A stretch of 61,348 bases of DNA from Basidiobolus ranarum (GCA_040143965.1 JASJQH010006882.1:1-61348), one strand, 5' to 3'. Positions 38,312 through 52,690 are shown, counted from the stretch's first letter. A program made the numbers and translations. The notes: generated from the sequence alone by a model not told the origin.

Positions 38312-39302
38312 ATGGGTAAGGCTTCATACGATTCAACTCAGGAGAAACTTCACTTCGCCATTCGAGAGAAAGATACTTTAGAGGGTGAACTGAAGGAACT
38401 TGAACAGGTTCTTATACGTGTAAGTATGTCTAACTTTTATGTAAGGAGTTTTTTTGACTGATATCATTTCTTTCTGAAATCCAAGGACAATGTTGGGATG
38501 GATGATTCATTAGTGGATTCTCAAGGTTTTCCAAGAGCTGACATTGATGTGTACGCTATAAGATCGGCTCGTGTTAAGATCATTGGTATTGTTTTGCTTT
38601 ACAACTGACCACGTATGAAAGAAAATGTCCTTCACTGGTTTGATACTAATTACTCAAAATGTGGCTACTTTTAGCACTTGGAAATGATCTTAAACAAGTG
38701 ATGAGCCGAATCGAACTTTTACTTCATGAACTTCACTCACAGAAAAAGCCTGAAGTTAAAATAGGTACAACTTTCGATGATATTTAGCTTCATAGATTTT
38801 GACTAACGCCTCTACTTATAATTCATAGATAACAATCGCCCATTCGCAGTAGTCAATGCTGTTGCTCCCGATTCACCAGCTTTAGAAGCGGTAACATTAA
38901 ATACATCATGGAATCGATTTGTTGATATATTTTAAATGTCTTGTTACCAGGGATTGGAAAAAGGAGATAAAATCATTCGTTTTGGAGAAATCAATTACTC
39001 AAACCATGAGAGTCTTCAGGCAGTGGGTCGTTTGGTCGCATCTAACGAAGGGGTAAAGTGTAAAGATGGATAGGATTATGCTTGACATTTTATTGAATAT
39101 TCTTTTATCAAAGAAAACTCTGATATTGCTCGTGGAGCGCAATGATAACTCGGATGGAGGTTCAACTACCATCACACTAAAATTAACTCCAAAAGGAGGC
39201 TGGGGCGGCCGTGGTCTACTTGGGTATAGATTTTATGCACAGAACTTCTAAAGTATCTATTACTAATCGATTGTTTTTAGATGTCATATTCTGCCTTTAT
39301 AA
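38312..39302 (+). CDS. NAS2: Proteasome assembly chaperone Nas2/p27 (PDZ domain, multi-exon)
   Basis: Spliced motifs VGMDDSLVDSQGFPRADIDVYAIRSAR, PFAVVNAVAPDSPALEAGL and LTPKGGWGGRGLLGCHILPL*. Confidence 0.93.
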
Positions 39303-39490
39303 TATGTATATGTACTCATCGTATCATAAATCAATAAAAATATTTGTAGTGTTGACCGAGGAAATCGACTAATGGCTGACTCTAATGCTTTTATTGGTTA
39401 ATGCAGAAATCGTTTGTACAAGTAACCTTTCAATTTAACAGTAAATAATCTTTCGAACTAGTAATAATAGAAGAACCCCCAGAAAGTTGT

Positions 39491-41472
39491 TTAGTTGACC
39501 AATCCTAGATCCTTTTCGACAAGTCTACTGCAAATAGGATGATAAAAGCTCTTATTCTTGATGAAGGTATCTCTAGCAAGCTGTGATCCAGATGGGCATT
39601 TGTAAAGGGCACGATACAAAGGACGAGTGTACTTCATCCGTCCTTGTTCCACTACAAATTTTGCAACCTCTGGATAAATTGGCTGATATTCGGTCTTGAG
39701 ACATACCATTTGCCACTTGAAGCGGATCTCAGCATTCTGAACCTTAGTAAGGGTATAAGCTTTATCCATGGCTTCAATAGCGTTGTGTGGCAATGGCTTA
39801 GTTTCCAGAACCTTCTCAAGGAAAAATACTTTCTGATCCGCTGTGAAGTTCTCAATATCCTTAGGAGAGGCTTCAAAAGGCACCTCACGGTGTTCATCCC
39901 ACTTCTTGGCAAGGTGGGTGCAAGCATGAGTAAGGCTTTGATCGAATTTGTTTTCAACTGGAGGCATGCCTGGGGTATGAAGCCATCCATTCCAATCTAC
40001 TTGGTTAAGCAAATCAACCTTTTCTTGACCGTGAGTTTTCTCCATATATGCGTATAGGAAATCCTTCCATTCTTGAGTGCACAAAGCTTTTCCAGCAAAA
40101 TGCTGAACATAGGCCTTCATATAAGGCTCGAACACACTAGCCCCACCTAAGTGCTGTTCTAAGTAATACAAAAGATTGAAACCTTTCTCATAGGGAACAC
40201 TAGAGAAAGCATCATCTGGATCGACACCTCTGAGACGAGGGCAAAGGCAAGTAAGGGGGTCTTTTTGGCCGAAGAAATCAATATCTGCTTCAAGAGCCTT
40301 AACACCCATTTGGGCGCTAAATTGGCGAGTAGGTTCACCATGCATACGGCCGATAATCTTACGTTCGATAAACATAGTCCAGCCTTCATTCAGCCAGAAG
40401 TTTTCCTACAAAAAGTTCTATCTCAGTGGTTGATTCAAGTTAAATATAGAAGATTCAAAATTAAATACCCAACTCTTGGTAGTAACCAAATTACCCATCC
40501 AACTGTGGGCGATTTCGTGTGCTACCACGTCAACTAATGATCTATCACCAGCTAAAAGAGTAGGAGTGACAAATGTGAGGCACGGATTTTCCATACCACC
40601 ATAAGGGAAGGATGCAGGTAAAACTAACAAATCATAGCGTCCCCATTCATAAGGAGTCAACAACTCTTCCCCAGTCTTAATGAACTCTTCAGTGTCAACG
40701 AACTCCCAAGCACATTTCTCGATCATGGCAGGTTCACTCCATACAGTAGAACGAGGTCCAATTTCTCTACCTTCCAGTTCACCAACAACTAAAGCAATCA
40801 AATAAGAGGGCATAGTAGTTTTCTGCTCAAATTTGTAGATTCTGGAATCTCCAACAATTTCGGGCTCTTCGTTAATGCGAAGTGCACTCATTAGAGCACG
40901 AAGTGGAGCAGGGGTGTCGATATTAGCAGAGTAAGTAATCTTGACACCAGGTGAATCCTGGCAAGGAACCAAACTACGAGCATGGATAGCCTCACATTGA
41001 GTGAAAAGGTATGGGTGCTTTTTTCCTACGGTTTGGCTAGGTTCGAGCCACTGTAAAGCGCCGCATTCCTTAGTGGTTTCATACTTGACCAAAACTTTAA
41101 CAATTTGGTTAGCAGAGAGAGAACCAGGTAGAGTGATGTGCAATGCACGACCAAACTTAGAGTCTTCTTCATCGAATTTATACTTTTGATGAAAAAGTGA
41201 GTCAATATTTTTGTCTAACAGTGTATGTACGTCAAAAAGGTTTCACTTACTTGTAGAGATTTTTCAGAATCTTCACCGTCATAAACTCCATTAATAATAA
41301 GATGATTGGTGTCAAGAACAACCTCTTGAACTTGTTCAGTTAGAGTTTTGAGAGTTAATAAAACACTTCCGATAAGACGTTGCTTCTCGAAGTCAACCTT
41401 CAAATCTAGATGTAAGTGCTCAGTCGTAACATCATCAATGTTAGCCAAAGTGTTGGGATCGATCTTGGTCAT
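39491..41472 (-). CDS. LTA4H: Leukotriene A4 hydrolase-like M1 aminopeptidase (3 exons)
   Basis: Motifs [43 protein letters not shown] and VPYEKG, plus the C-terminal [11 protein letters not shown] domain. Confidence 0.97.
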
Positions 41473-44123
41473 CCTAAATAGCTGGGGCCTAGTTAAAGGT
41501 GAGTAGTGAGCTTTGTTGAAAAAGAGGACTTTTATAATCGATGATGTAGATACTCCGAAATCCCAATTCCCATAAAATGCCGTATCCTGGTTGAATTATT
41601 TCTTCATTAAGCAGTGATAACTAAATAAGGTGCCGTGGGAATACCTAAATTAGCACAGATATACACTTGCTATTCGACATTACTCAGTAATACTAACCAG
41701 CTGACCGGATCTGTTTGGTGATGCTTTACAATCGTAGTATTACAAAATTTCCTTTACTAAGGATTGTATGACTTGTCCCACAAATGGGCCTGAGAAAGTT
41801 CCTCTTCGAGCACTGGCCGGATATGACGTTGGAAACTATCACTCCTAGCAAATAGTTCTAGAAACTCTCAACCACTCATTGTAAACATAGGCCAATGCTC
41901 TGGTCAATAATAATAAACTCACATATACAGAGAAACAAGCGCTGCAAGAGGCTCCACTTGACACTTAACAATATGCAATAGTTATGTAGTGTAAGAGATT
42001 TTCTATTATATGTTCTTTATTGCTATTCATCCAGCTCTGTAACTTACATATCAGTTTAATCAGCTTGCTGAAGAACCCAACTAAGTTTTTTTTAAACAGC
42101 CACTTATAGTAAGACGACCCAAATTGAGCTGATCACTGTAATCAAAGTGATTTGAGGAAACCTTAAACTATCTATTTTTTTAGAGCAAACTTTGAAGTGA
42201 TAATCCTACATTGGATTACTAAGAGAATGGGTTGCGCTATCTATGATACTGGATATCGAGGCCTAAAAGCAAGATACGTGTTATGGCGACTGATAAATAC
42301 GTTTAGAGAATCTTCTATTTATACACGAGAGTCTTGTACTTGGTAAGAGAAGGATGATGAGTAAAGTCCCCTGGCTATGGGGAAAACTTCAAAACCTGAC
42401 TTACCAGGTTTTGCATCTTGTTTTCAGTTTTAAAATTGAAATTACAAAGTTGATTTGAGATCATAACTGAAGGTGAAGTCAGCATTCTCTAGGAAAGCAT
42501 CGCATAAAGCACGATTCAGTACCAAATAACATGTGAATACCGTCCGTTAAGCACCACATGAAACTAAACTGAATTAGAGCAAGGAATCGAAATATCTTCT
42601 TGGTGAGTCCATATTGACCAAGCTTTACCAAGAATGTCTTGAACAGATTTGCTTTTAATCAGGAAAAACGATATATTCCTAGACATACTATTCACAAGCC
42701 CCTTACTTCAAAGACCATAAAGGAAATCTACTACTCCCTACTCCAACTTCATTGAATGTGGTTTCTTCCCGTTCCCAATGCTCCTATAGTGAACCAATGG
42801 ATCATGTTGATCCTCAGTTTTAACAAGGCAACGGTATCGATAAAATGGTAGAAATTTACTATCTTCGAATATTGTACTACTGCCCGTGTTATTGCTCAAG
42901 TACAATACCCTACAAGCATTGACTCCATATGATTATCTCGAAACGATAAGTAACGCCTTTTACCAATAGAATAACCCTAACCCTATCAGTTTAATCTAAT
43001 CGCCCGATTCAGTAATTTGGAGGGATATCGAAGCATGTGATTCTTCACGTATTCTATAAAGCAATGCGTTGTTGCTGCTAGTAGAAGTGACTATACCATC
43101 GAAGGCCAAGTGAAGAGGAGCCATTAGGATAGAGCAGTTGAGTGACTGGCGTATGAAAGGCAGAAGTGGTATTCTTGGACAAAAGTCACAGCAGTCAATA
43201 AAGATTGATCGTCCAGTGATTAACATCAACTTTCTCCATGATATTCCAGATAATACAAATCAGGTCGTCATCATTGCTCCGGTCATAAGCAAGATTCATA
43301 TCAAACACAATAAACCCTGTATATATTTGAGACCAGTTTCAAAGAGTAATTAATGGGCGATAGGAGAGAGTATTATCATTGAATTCATCCAGAATTGTGG
43401 TGTGTGTGTGTTCTATAGCCTCCCTTTAAACAGGAAAATATGGCTAGCTCGTCCTTGATTTGACTCGATTAAAGGCCACCTTTCGAGCACTTTTGACTCC
43501 AGATTACCATCACCACCTTACACTCAGACAGCAATTGTTGCAATTATGAGTCATACCCATCGTATGAGCAAATTACCTAATCATGCGAAGAATACGCTTG
43601 GACACCGCAAGTAGTTCAGTATTCTTGCCATGTCTATATATGCACTGTGTCAACCGGAACGCTCTTTCGACTGCGGTGTGTTCGAACAATGGTGAATACA
43701 ATAATCTTCATAAATTGATGTTATTGTTGATCTTTCGCAGTTCGCACTATCCTTGAATCAATATCTGTATAATGAAAATCTATGTCTGATTATATTTATA
43801 AGCACCTCAATATAACCATGTATATGGTGGTAAGAACAGGAATCTAGTTGTGCAATCCATTATAATATATTGATCCATTTAACTTCTTCAAGTCTGAAAC
43901 ACGAATGGCGGGGCCATCCAATAAGCTCTCCCCCGTTGAGTGAGGATAAAGTATATAATAAGCTCGTAGGCTTTCTAATCGAACGCCTTCGAAGTGAGAA
44001 TTAATTTCTGGCGTTGTCTCTTTCACTATATTCTTTACCTATAATCTATATTATTGTATTAGCATCCCTTTAAATTCCTTTTTTCAATCCCCCGTACCGA
44101 ATTGGACAACATTGAGCTTCGAA

Positions 44124-45146
44124 ATGCCCGCACCACTCGACTATTCAACTCACAAGTCACCGAAGACAGATTCTGTTGAAAATGTTTCTCAGTACGTGAT
44201 TTTTTCGTAAAACCTTGTATCTAATGCGTTCAATAACACATAGTTTTGTAGCTTTGATGCTGACTTCCCTCAACCTTGCGAAACTCTATCTAAATCTATC
44301 AATTCTCCTCATGCGCAAGATCTAGAGGCTTCCTTCTGTCGCAACTTTACTTGCTGCGGTCTTACCCTGGACAACCTCCACGATTTGCTTCAACATTTTG
44401 AAGAATGTCACATTAGACTAGAAGGATCTTTTGAGGAGGAATTCTCTACGGCGAGTGAATCCGAAACCACATCCACACCTCCATATAACACAGATCAAAC
44501 TTCATTTCTATCTTTGAAGACATTATTGCAAAGCGATATTACTGATATGAATAGTATATATTCTGAGGATACCAGTAAATCAAAAGAGAGTTACTATTCC
44601 GACCTCGATTGCTCTGCTGCCAAAACATCGAGTAATAGAGCTAAAAGTCTTCAAAAGCAGTCCAATTTTGATATGAGTTCTTCAAAGCGAAAATTGACCA
44701 TTCAGCCTCGAGGTGTTTCATCTACTTCACTTACTACTCAGCCGGATGAGCTATTTCCCATATTACCAAGTCCAGGTTACTTGTCATCTTCCAAAGAACA
44801 GAGCTCGTATTACAACTCCAAAAAGCAGAAATCATGCTCCACAGCAGAGAAACCATATAAATGCCTCGTCTCTGGATGTAACAAAACGTACAAAAACCCA
44901 AATGGTTTAAAATATCACACACAGGTAATATTAAATAAGCATACCCATCAAATTGCGATCACTTACTCATTTAGATTATAGCATGGTCATTGTACTAATT
45001 CCGGCAAAAAGAGAGATACGTCCACAATTAAGCCATATCATTGTGCTTATCCCGATTGTGAAAAGAGCTATAAAAACCTCAACGGGCTGAAATATCACAT
45101 TGAACACACACATACAGTATCTGTTCCAAGTAAATCCCCAGAGTAA
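44124..45146 (+). CDS. SFP1: Split C2H2 zinc-finger transcription factor, Sfp1-like (3 exons)
   Basis: Motifs FCRNFTCCGLTLDNLHDLLQHFEECH, KPYKCLVSGCNKTYKNPNGLKYHTQHGH and KPYHCAYPDCEKSYKNLNGLKYH. Confidence 0.85.
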
Positions 45147-46639
45147 TGAATGGTGCGTAAGCAAATTTGTTTCTCTATAGTAAATTAATTATTGATATTC
45201 GTATCCTAATCCCTGAGATTCCCTATAGGTCTTATACATATGCAATGTAGTTGTTGTCTTAGCTTATTGTAAGAGATGATCCATTGGAAATAGGAATTTT
45301 GAAGCATTCTACTTTCATTAGCCTTCGCTCTTCATCCCAACTGGTTCTACTAATGGGGGAAACATGCGTTGCTGTCCTGATGTATATACAATTTAGCATA
45401 GAAATGGTATACGTGTTTTATCTCTGTTATGATATCTCACTATCACCATCAGTGTAGTATCGTCGATATTCTACCCAACCCTTCAACTTTGCACTTTAGC
45501 AGTTTTCCGACCGAACAAACTTCACGAAAACATACTTTATTCTCCAACTCAACCATTTGCACAATTATGTCGAAATCTTAAATATTGAATTCTCGATTCC
45601 CAATATTGTAAATTCAGTGTTGTTATAGCAGAAATTATATATGAATAATGTAAATATTCTTTATCCAAATTCAATATCGTGTTGATGGTATCTGAAAAAT
45701 CAAAAACTCTCACTCTATTTACATGTTCTATAATTACGATTGATGCTGATGTGTCCTTTACCTGGGGTTAGTACTCTATATATATTTGATCCATGTATTT
45801 ATTATTATGGTATTAGTATCGAATGGCAGTCACGTCACTCATATAACGGTCTAATAGTGACTTTGATGAAATTTCAGCCAATAACTAGTGTATATCCAAT
45901 AAATATACAATCACGTTTACTTATTATATGAAAGTGATTCAAATTGTAGGGAAATAGCCAATATAACCAGCAAACCTTACAGTTGGACTATTTTATTGAA
46001 TACATTCAGACTCTGAGATATTGCAAAAGAAGTAGGGACTTCAGCTCATCCACTTGGTCTACTTTAGATTTTGACCTGGAGATACATCAACCAACTTAGA
46101 GTTTCTTGATTTGCTGATAAATTGGTACTACTGTTTGATTCGTCAGTAAATGAATGGTCTTTGATTAATAATTCCTATATTTAGTCATTGAATATATTTG
46201 GGGTAACGTCAAAGTCGGCTCTATAAATGAAGGATATACTTCGCTTAAAAGCATCCCATTCTCTCTACACCTAACAGTGATGATAAATAAGATGCAATGC
46301 TCTACCTCCTTAAACATGAAGTATGCCGATCATTTCATTACAGCCAACTAGATTCAAGCTTAGTGGCCTATATTGGCATGAAGGGTGATAAAGGATCAAT
46401 CGATAACTAATTGACTCAACCAAGTTGAATGTGAAGTGTTAGGAAGAATCAAATCTATCATTTCCACCTTAAATTACTCCTGGTTTTCAATGGCATAATT
46501 TAAGGGGATCCATATGGGAGGTCATTCACGTGATCCTAAAATGGTGACCCCTTGCTACTAGAAGTACACTATTAGTTTCCTGTTCTCAGATAGGTCTTCC
46601 CGTTATTCTCTGTCAGTGAAATTGAGATTTTTTTAAGCT

Positions 46640-48454
46640 ATGCCCGTTAATACTAGTGAAGTTAGCAGAGTTAATACCAAAGGTATTGGCATAGCCAATT
46701 TACCTAACCAAAGACATAAAATTGTAACCAAACAAGGCTCCAACTTCACCATCATGGTCGTAGGTAAGAGTTTGTTCGAACCAACAAGAGAGTATATCTC
46801 TTCTCCTATTTAGAAATATCCCCACTAAACCACACCTTTTACTTTCAATATTGCTTATAGGGGAGTCCGGTCTTGGTAAAACCACTTTTGTCAATACTCT
46901 TTTCACCACCACCATTAAGGACTACAAAGAACAAGAAAAAAGACATACCAAACAACTGGAGAAAACCGTCGAAATTACTGTCACTAAAGCTGGTATGTAA
47001 AAATAGTCAGAAAACGGTGTGATGAGTTATTGTCAACTTTTAATTGAACTTTATTTGGATGAACTTTAGAATTGGAAGAGAAAATGTTCAACGTTAAACT
47101 TAACGTGATAGATACCCCCGGGTTTGGGGATTACGTTGATAATAGTGACAGTTGGATTCCTATTATCGACTTTATTGATGGTCAGTATGAATCTTATATG
47201 AAGCAAGAACAACAACCCATTAGAAAAGGAGTGATCGATATGCGAGTTCACGTTTGTATCTATTTTATTAGACCTACCGGACACAGGTGATGCACTACTT
47301 AATGGTTTAGTCTATCGTTGATATATATACTCATCAGTTTGATTTATATACAATAGTTTGATGCCTCTGGACATTGAAGTCATGAAGCACCTTAGCTCTC
47401 GAGTCAACTTAATTCCTGTAATTGCTAAAGCTGATACATTATCTCCATTTGCACTCCAACAATTTAAGAAAAGAGTAAGTGATGATGGGTTAAGTTATGA
47501 TAAAGTTACATTCACTAATCTGAGGATTTTGGAAAATATTAGATTAGAGAAACTATCGCCGCACAAGATATTCGAATTTACACTTGTCCAATTGAAAGTG
47601 AAGATGAAGGAACTACCACTAGAAACAAGGATATCATGGTATTTATCATTTCAATAGGATAATGTTGTGTAGATTTGATTACAGCCCAATGACCATTCAT
47701 TACATGTTAAATAGAGTGCAATGCCTTTTGCTATTATTGGTAGTGATCAAGATGTCTTGAACAAAGACGGTAAAAAGGTTAAAGGAAGAGAATATCCATG
47801 GGGTGTTGTTGAAGGTAAGGATCTCATAGATGTCATAAACGAAGATCCATTTTCTTTTTTAACCAGAAGATTCTAGTCGAAAATGATGCACATTGCGATT
47901 TTAGAAAACTTCGCGACTTATTGATCAGGTATAACTCGATTCTATCCCGTTTTGCTTGTAAAGAAACCTTTCCTCGCTTTCATTCTAATCAAATCTCTCT
48001 CATAGAGTACATATGCTTGATCTGGTTTCATCCACGGAGGAGATCCATTATGATAACTTTAGAAATCTGTTCATGAATAGTACTGAGCCAAAGTATGTGT
48101 GTTGCTGTTACTTTGATATAGAATATAGCTTAACAATTCGTTCTTTTATTAGACAAAGACCTGAGAATAAGAAGCATAAGGATGAGGAAGAGGCACTACA
48201 CAAGAGATTTGCTGAGCAAGTCAAATTGGAGGAGGCTAGGTTCCGCCAGTGGGAACAAAGAGTAAATATCAGATGTGTTACAAATGCCAAAAACGTAGTT
48301 AAATCTCATATCATTCGTATCGTATTAGTTGATTGCTGAGCGAGTTCGCTTAAATGAGGACCTTGAGGCTGGTCATAATCTTGTCAAACAATTGGAAGGA
48401 GAGGTTGAAGCGTTGAGCAGCGCTCAATCGCCCAAACCTTACAAGAAATATTAA
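46640..48454 (+). CDS. CDC12: Septin, Cdc12/Spn4 group (multi-exon)
   Basis: Motifs [39 protein letters not shown] and GREYPWG, with a C-terminal coiled coil. Confidence 0.92.
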
Positions 48455-49026
48455 TCCATAGTCACCCTTTCGTTACAGCTGGCTCTCATAATCTCTTGAG
48501 AGCGAAAATGCACTTATTCTACCTAAACCACCTACACTTTTTATAATCAAGTAATTAATTCACTTCTCTTTTTATCTGGGCTCTTTCATCATTGAGGAGT
48601 CCCTCCAATTTGATTTCCATCTTTTCCAAATCTTACATACAAACCAGATAAACTTTGTTTCCGGAACATCCAGCATCGAGAGAGCAGTAAATGTGGCGAC
48701 GATAAGAAATATGAGTGCATAAAGTTTACTGGCAATAAATCCAATACAGAGCATTGACATGTATGTGGAGAGTATATGGTAGAGTGACTGCAGATAAAAT
48801 GATGTAGGGAGTGTATAAGCGTATAAGCGGTATTTACTAAGAATACAAACAGGACAAGTGGACAGTGATTGGTCAACAAAACTATATATTAGAGGATAAA
48901 ATAAAATAAATCAGTTTCAAAGAGATGGTGCAAAGAGATGGTGGTAGGAAATAATGAACAAATTAGCCCTGGTCAAGAAACAATGGAATAGATAATATTG
49001 TATGGAATGGGATGGGATGGGGTGTA

Positions 49027-52000
49027 TTAAGATATGCAACAATCCTGTGGCGGCTTTTTGGATTTCTTCAATCTTCTAGCCTTGAATCGAGAAAATCGAC
49101 TATCCTGATAATTGGATCCTGATGATGATATACTACTACTTTGTTCATAAACACTTCCGTCTTGGATTCCACTTGGAGACTGGTTGCTATGACGAGGAAA
49201 TCCATGGCCACTTACTCTTCTAGAAGTAGAGCTTCCTAGACTATTCATCGGAGTGTTTTGCTGAAATAAACGAATTGAATCATTAGCATTTTACTAGCAA
49301 AGTGCTTGAGTCAGAGACATACCGGAGTTCTAGGCTCGCAAATGGGTGGACTTGAATTGGCACACTCAACATGGCATACGAGGCCGCATTCTAATTCGAA
49401 TATTCACAAGTTTGAGAATCATGTAACACAACACACATAACCAAACGTTAGAAGAATTACCATCACAAAAGAAAGCCCGTTTCTTCACAAACACTTGGCA
49501 TATCCGGCACTCCACTACGGCTGTAAATTTGATTAATATATTGAAACATTCTCTACAGTCGTGCATGCAACTTACCCTTGTTGAATGAGCATTTGACAAA
49601 TCGATGAGAACGCGACTAAAGAACCGAGGATTAGAAACGGTTATTATAGTCAAACTATCATTACCAAACCAATACTTACGGAGATTCTTCTAGCATCTGT
49701 ATCGGATCTGGTACGGTCATGGGAGATTAGACTTTCTATCCGACTTGGTGGTGAGGGTAAGCTTCGGTTGAACGGACTTCCTTCAATATGAACAGCGATT
49801 TTCTCAATGGATCTAATACTACCATTCTTGCGAAGTTCCTAGATTATATGCAACAGTTCATTTGTCAGTGTTTTGTTTCGAGGAACAAATCAAGTGTGGG
49901 CTTTACGTGAACTACTCGGTGCTCTACTAGCCATTCGTGACGGTAGAGATCTCTTGCAGTTGGTCTCATTTTCGGATCTTTTTGGAAACATTGCAAAAGG
50001 AAATCTCTCATTTTCTGTAGTTTGCAAAAAAGAGTTAATGAAGGTTGAATTAGGATTGAGACGGCTAATTGTAACTATATACATCGGATATATTCTCGGG
50101 TAATGGAGGACAATCATCTTCAACGATTCTAAATAGAGCTGTGAGTGGCATCAGGTCATAATATGGAGGTTTTCCAGTCAAGAGCTCCACTAAGGTACAG
50201 CCAAGACTCCTATAATAAGCCTCGTGTGTTATTTCAAGGTCATAAAGAAAACATGTTATCTAGGAAATCTACCAAATGTCCGAAGCAGTTGAAGCTCCTT
50301 GAAGTTCAATAATTTCAGGCGCCACTATAAAAATAAATCGTGAGTTCAACTGTTCAATGATGAGAAATCAATACCAGACATACTCCAGTTGGGTGTACCA
50401 GCAACCGTTGGGTTGGCACTGACATTAGTTAGATTTGATTCAAGTAGCTTTAGATTCAAAGAGACTCCAAAGTCACTCAATTTTATGTTCCCGTTTTTGG
50501 TGCTAAGAATATTGGCAGCCTTCAAGTCACAATGCACAACCTGTTTCGATTCAAGAAGAGTTGAGTATTCAGAAGAATGTTGATCGTGCTGTTAATCTAT
50601 TACCTCTCGGTCATGAAGATACATAAGCCCTTCCAATATTTTCAATGCGTACTTTTTGACCAGCTTTTCTGGAAAACGTCCGCCAAAATCTTTCAAGGTT
50701 TTAAGCATAGAGCCATTCTCAACATACCTAAAGTGATATGGAATTAAGATTTAGCCGATGTAGAGTGAAGATACTTTGTTATGCTTTACTTACTCGATCA
50801 CAATATATAAGGAATCTTCAGTCCGGATGGAACCTTCATATTTTACAATTTGAGGATGGCTCAGAGATCTTAGTAACTCCACCTCATTCTAATGGAAATA
50901 ACTCAGTCAGCTCTTTCACACACCAACTATTAAACTACACACGTTGTCATCCTTACCGTCAATGAATCGATGTGCTCTTTGTGGTCAATAATCTTCATTC
51001 GCTTCACAGCAACCATTTGACCATTTTCCAGGTTTAAGGCCCTATAATGATCATTCGGAATTGAACATTAGTACGTTGGCTCACAACCAACATGAAGCAC
51101 ATAAAAACACTTACTTGTATACAGTACCAAACTGCCCTTTACCTATACGATTTCCCATTTGCTACAAGAAAATTTCTTGGATTAGTGGGACTTCATGCAG
51201 AACCAGAACAAGTAAAGAACATACATATTGTGAGATGATCTGTGAAACCTCAGAATACACTTCTAATCTTTGCTTAAGGGTAGCTGTTCTTCCACCTCGA
51301 TTGCTATCACTGTGTCGGATCATGTTTGAGAAGTAATCTTTATCGTCTGGATTTTCGTATTTCCTCTCCGATAGACATCGAGACCGAACGGTTTTGGTAG
51401 GTGGGGTTTTTGGAGAAAGCTCCTTAATACCACTATCCTCAAAATTCTCTGATAAGCAACGAGACCGAGCTGGTTTCGTTGGTGACACTCGATCGGAGAG
51501 TCTTCTCGCTGCACCGCCTTCTTCAAAGGCATCGGATAAACAACGGGATCTAAAAGGTCTTGTTGGAGAGACATCATCAGATATCCGGGGTATTGTGCCC
51601 TCATCAAAGCTATCCGATAGATAGAAAGATTGAAGTGACTTGTTTGGGGAAGTGCTATCGGAAGCGACGATAGTTGAGATACTTGTATTCTCGAATGTAT
51701 CTGAGAGGCATCGAGCTCGAGTGAATTGAGAAGATGTTCGTTGATTGAATCTACCAGCATATATCATATCCTCAGGTTGTCGATCCTCAATGATTCGAAG
51801 GGGATTTTTCTTCTTTCTCAACGTAATGTGTGCTTTGGGGGCTTTAGATTGATGGGATACGTACCCAGACTCACTACTATCAAATGATTCAAAGGACTCA
51901 TCTTTGGGAGAATTCTGAAGTTTTTCATCAAAAATTGGATCCATATCTTTTATCGAGTTGGAGAGTGGACTGGGTGATCCAGGTGAACTCAAACTTAGTT

Positions 52001-52690
52001 GACCTATAGGTGTGACATGTTCATTAAAAGATTGCGTTCTGCGACTGAGTGGTACTCCAGCAATTATTCTCTCAATCGTAAGAATAGTAAAGATAACCTA
52101 AGGTAGTCATCTTAATGAATTGAATAATCATAATAGTTCATTCCAATGCATTTGACTTACTCTCGACATATTCTTCTTTTCATACAGGTCTACTGTTTCA
52201 AAAAGATCGAACTTTTGTAAACCAAGTTTACTACAGGCTTCCAAAAAGTGGGAGATATTTTGCATCTAATTTCATTTCAATATATAAAATGTTCCTTGGT
52301 TTCAGTAAGGGTTCCATTGAAAAATAAATAAGGTATTCTCTTCCAACCTGAAAAAACGGCATTTGTTTCGTACTGACTTGAGGGATTGCCTCAGGTTTAA
52401 GTTTGTTCAGCATTCTAGTTTATCAGTAAGATGGTTGAATTCAATGGAGGTTTCAATTTAAAAAATATTCAAAAGTCTCTGTCTTACTTGCATAGCAAAA
52501 CACCGTCACGAAGTGAATGATGGAGGTCTCCATTTGGAAGAGGATGTCCGAGGACTGACTCGAGAAACTCTTGAGCAGCTTGTTGGATTTTCAGTTGTTG
52601 ATCTGCTCGAGCTCTATCTACAACTTCTTGTGATTTTTTGGTATCCAGACAGGAAAAACGATTACTGTTTATACTCTCCAAAGAAGCCAT
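49027..52690 (-). CDS. STE-group Cdc15/Cdc7(SepH)-like protein kinase with N-terminal CH domain, C1 domain and CaaX box
   Basis: [44 protein letters not shown]. Kinase: [57 protein letters not shown]1: [20 protein letters not shown]. Ends [13 protein letters not shown]. Confidence 0.9.

Noticed and set aside
17879-39302. Apparent proteostasis cluster (UBA3, DCAF11, LONP2, NAS2)
   Set aside because: The genes are interspersed with unrelated ones, and such functions are common enough to co-occur by chance.
41473-44123. Short ORFs in the LTA4H-SFP1 intergenic region (42996-43229, 43138-43353, 43844-44026)
   Set aside because: No domain, no consistent splice model and no RNA-gene signature; probably regulatory DNA.
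48572-48879. Hydrophobic small ORFs between the septin and kinase genes
   Set aside because: They fall in the AT-rich 3' UTR zone, have non-ATG or weak starts, and show no homology cues.
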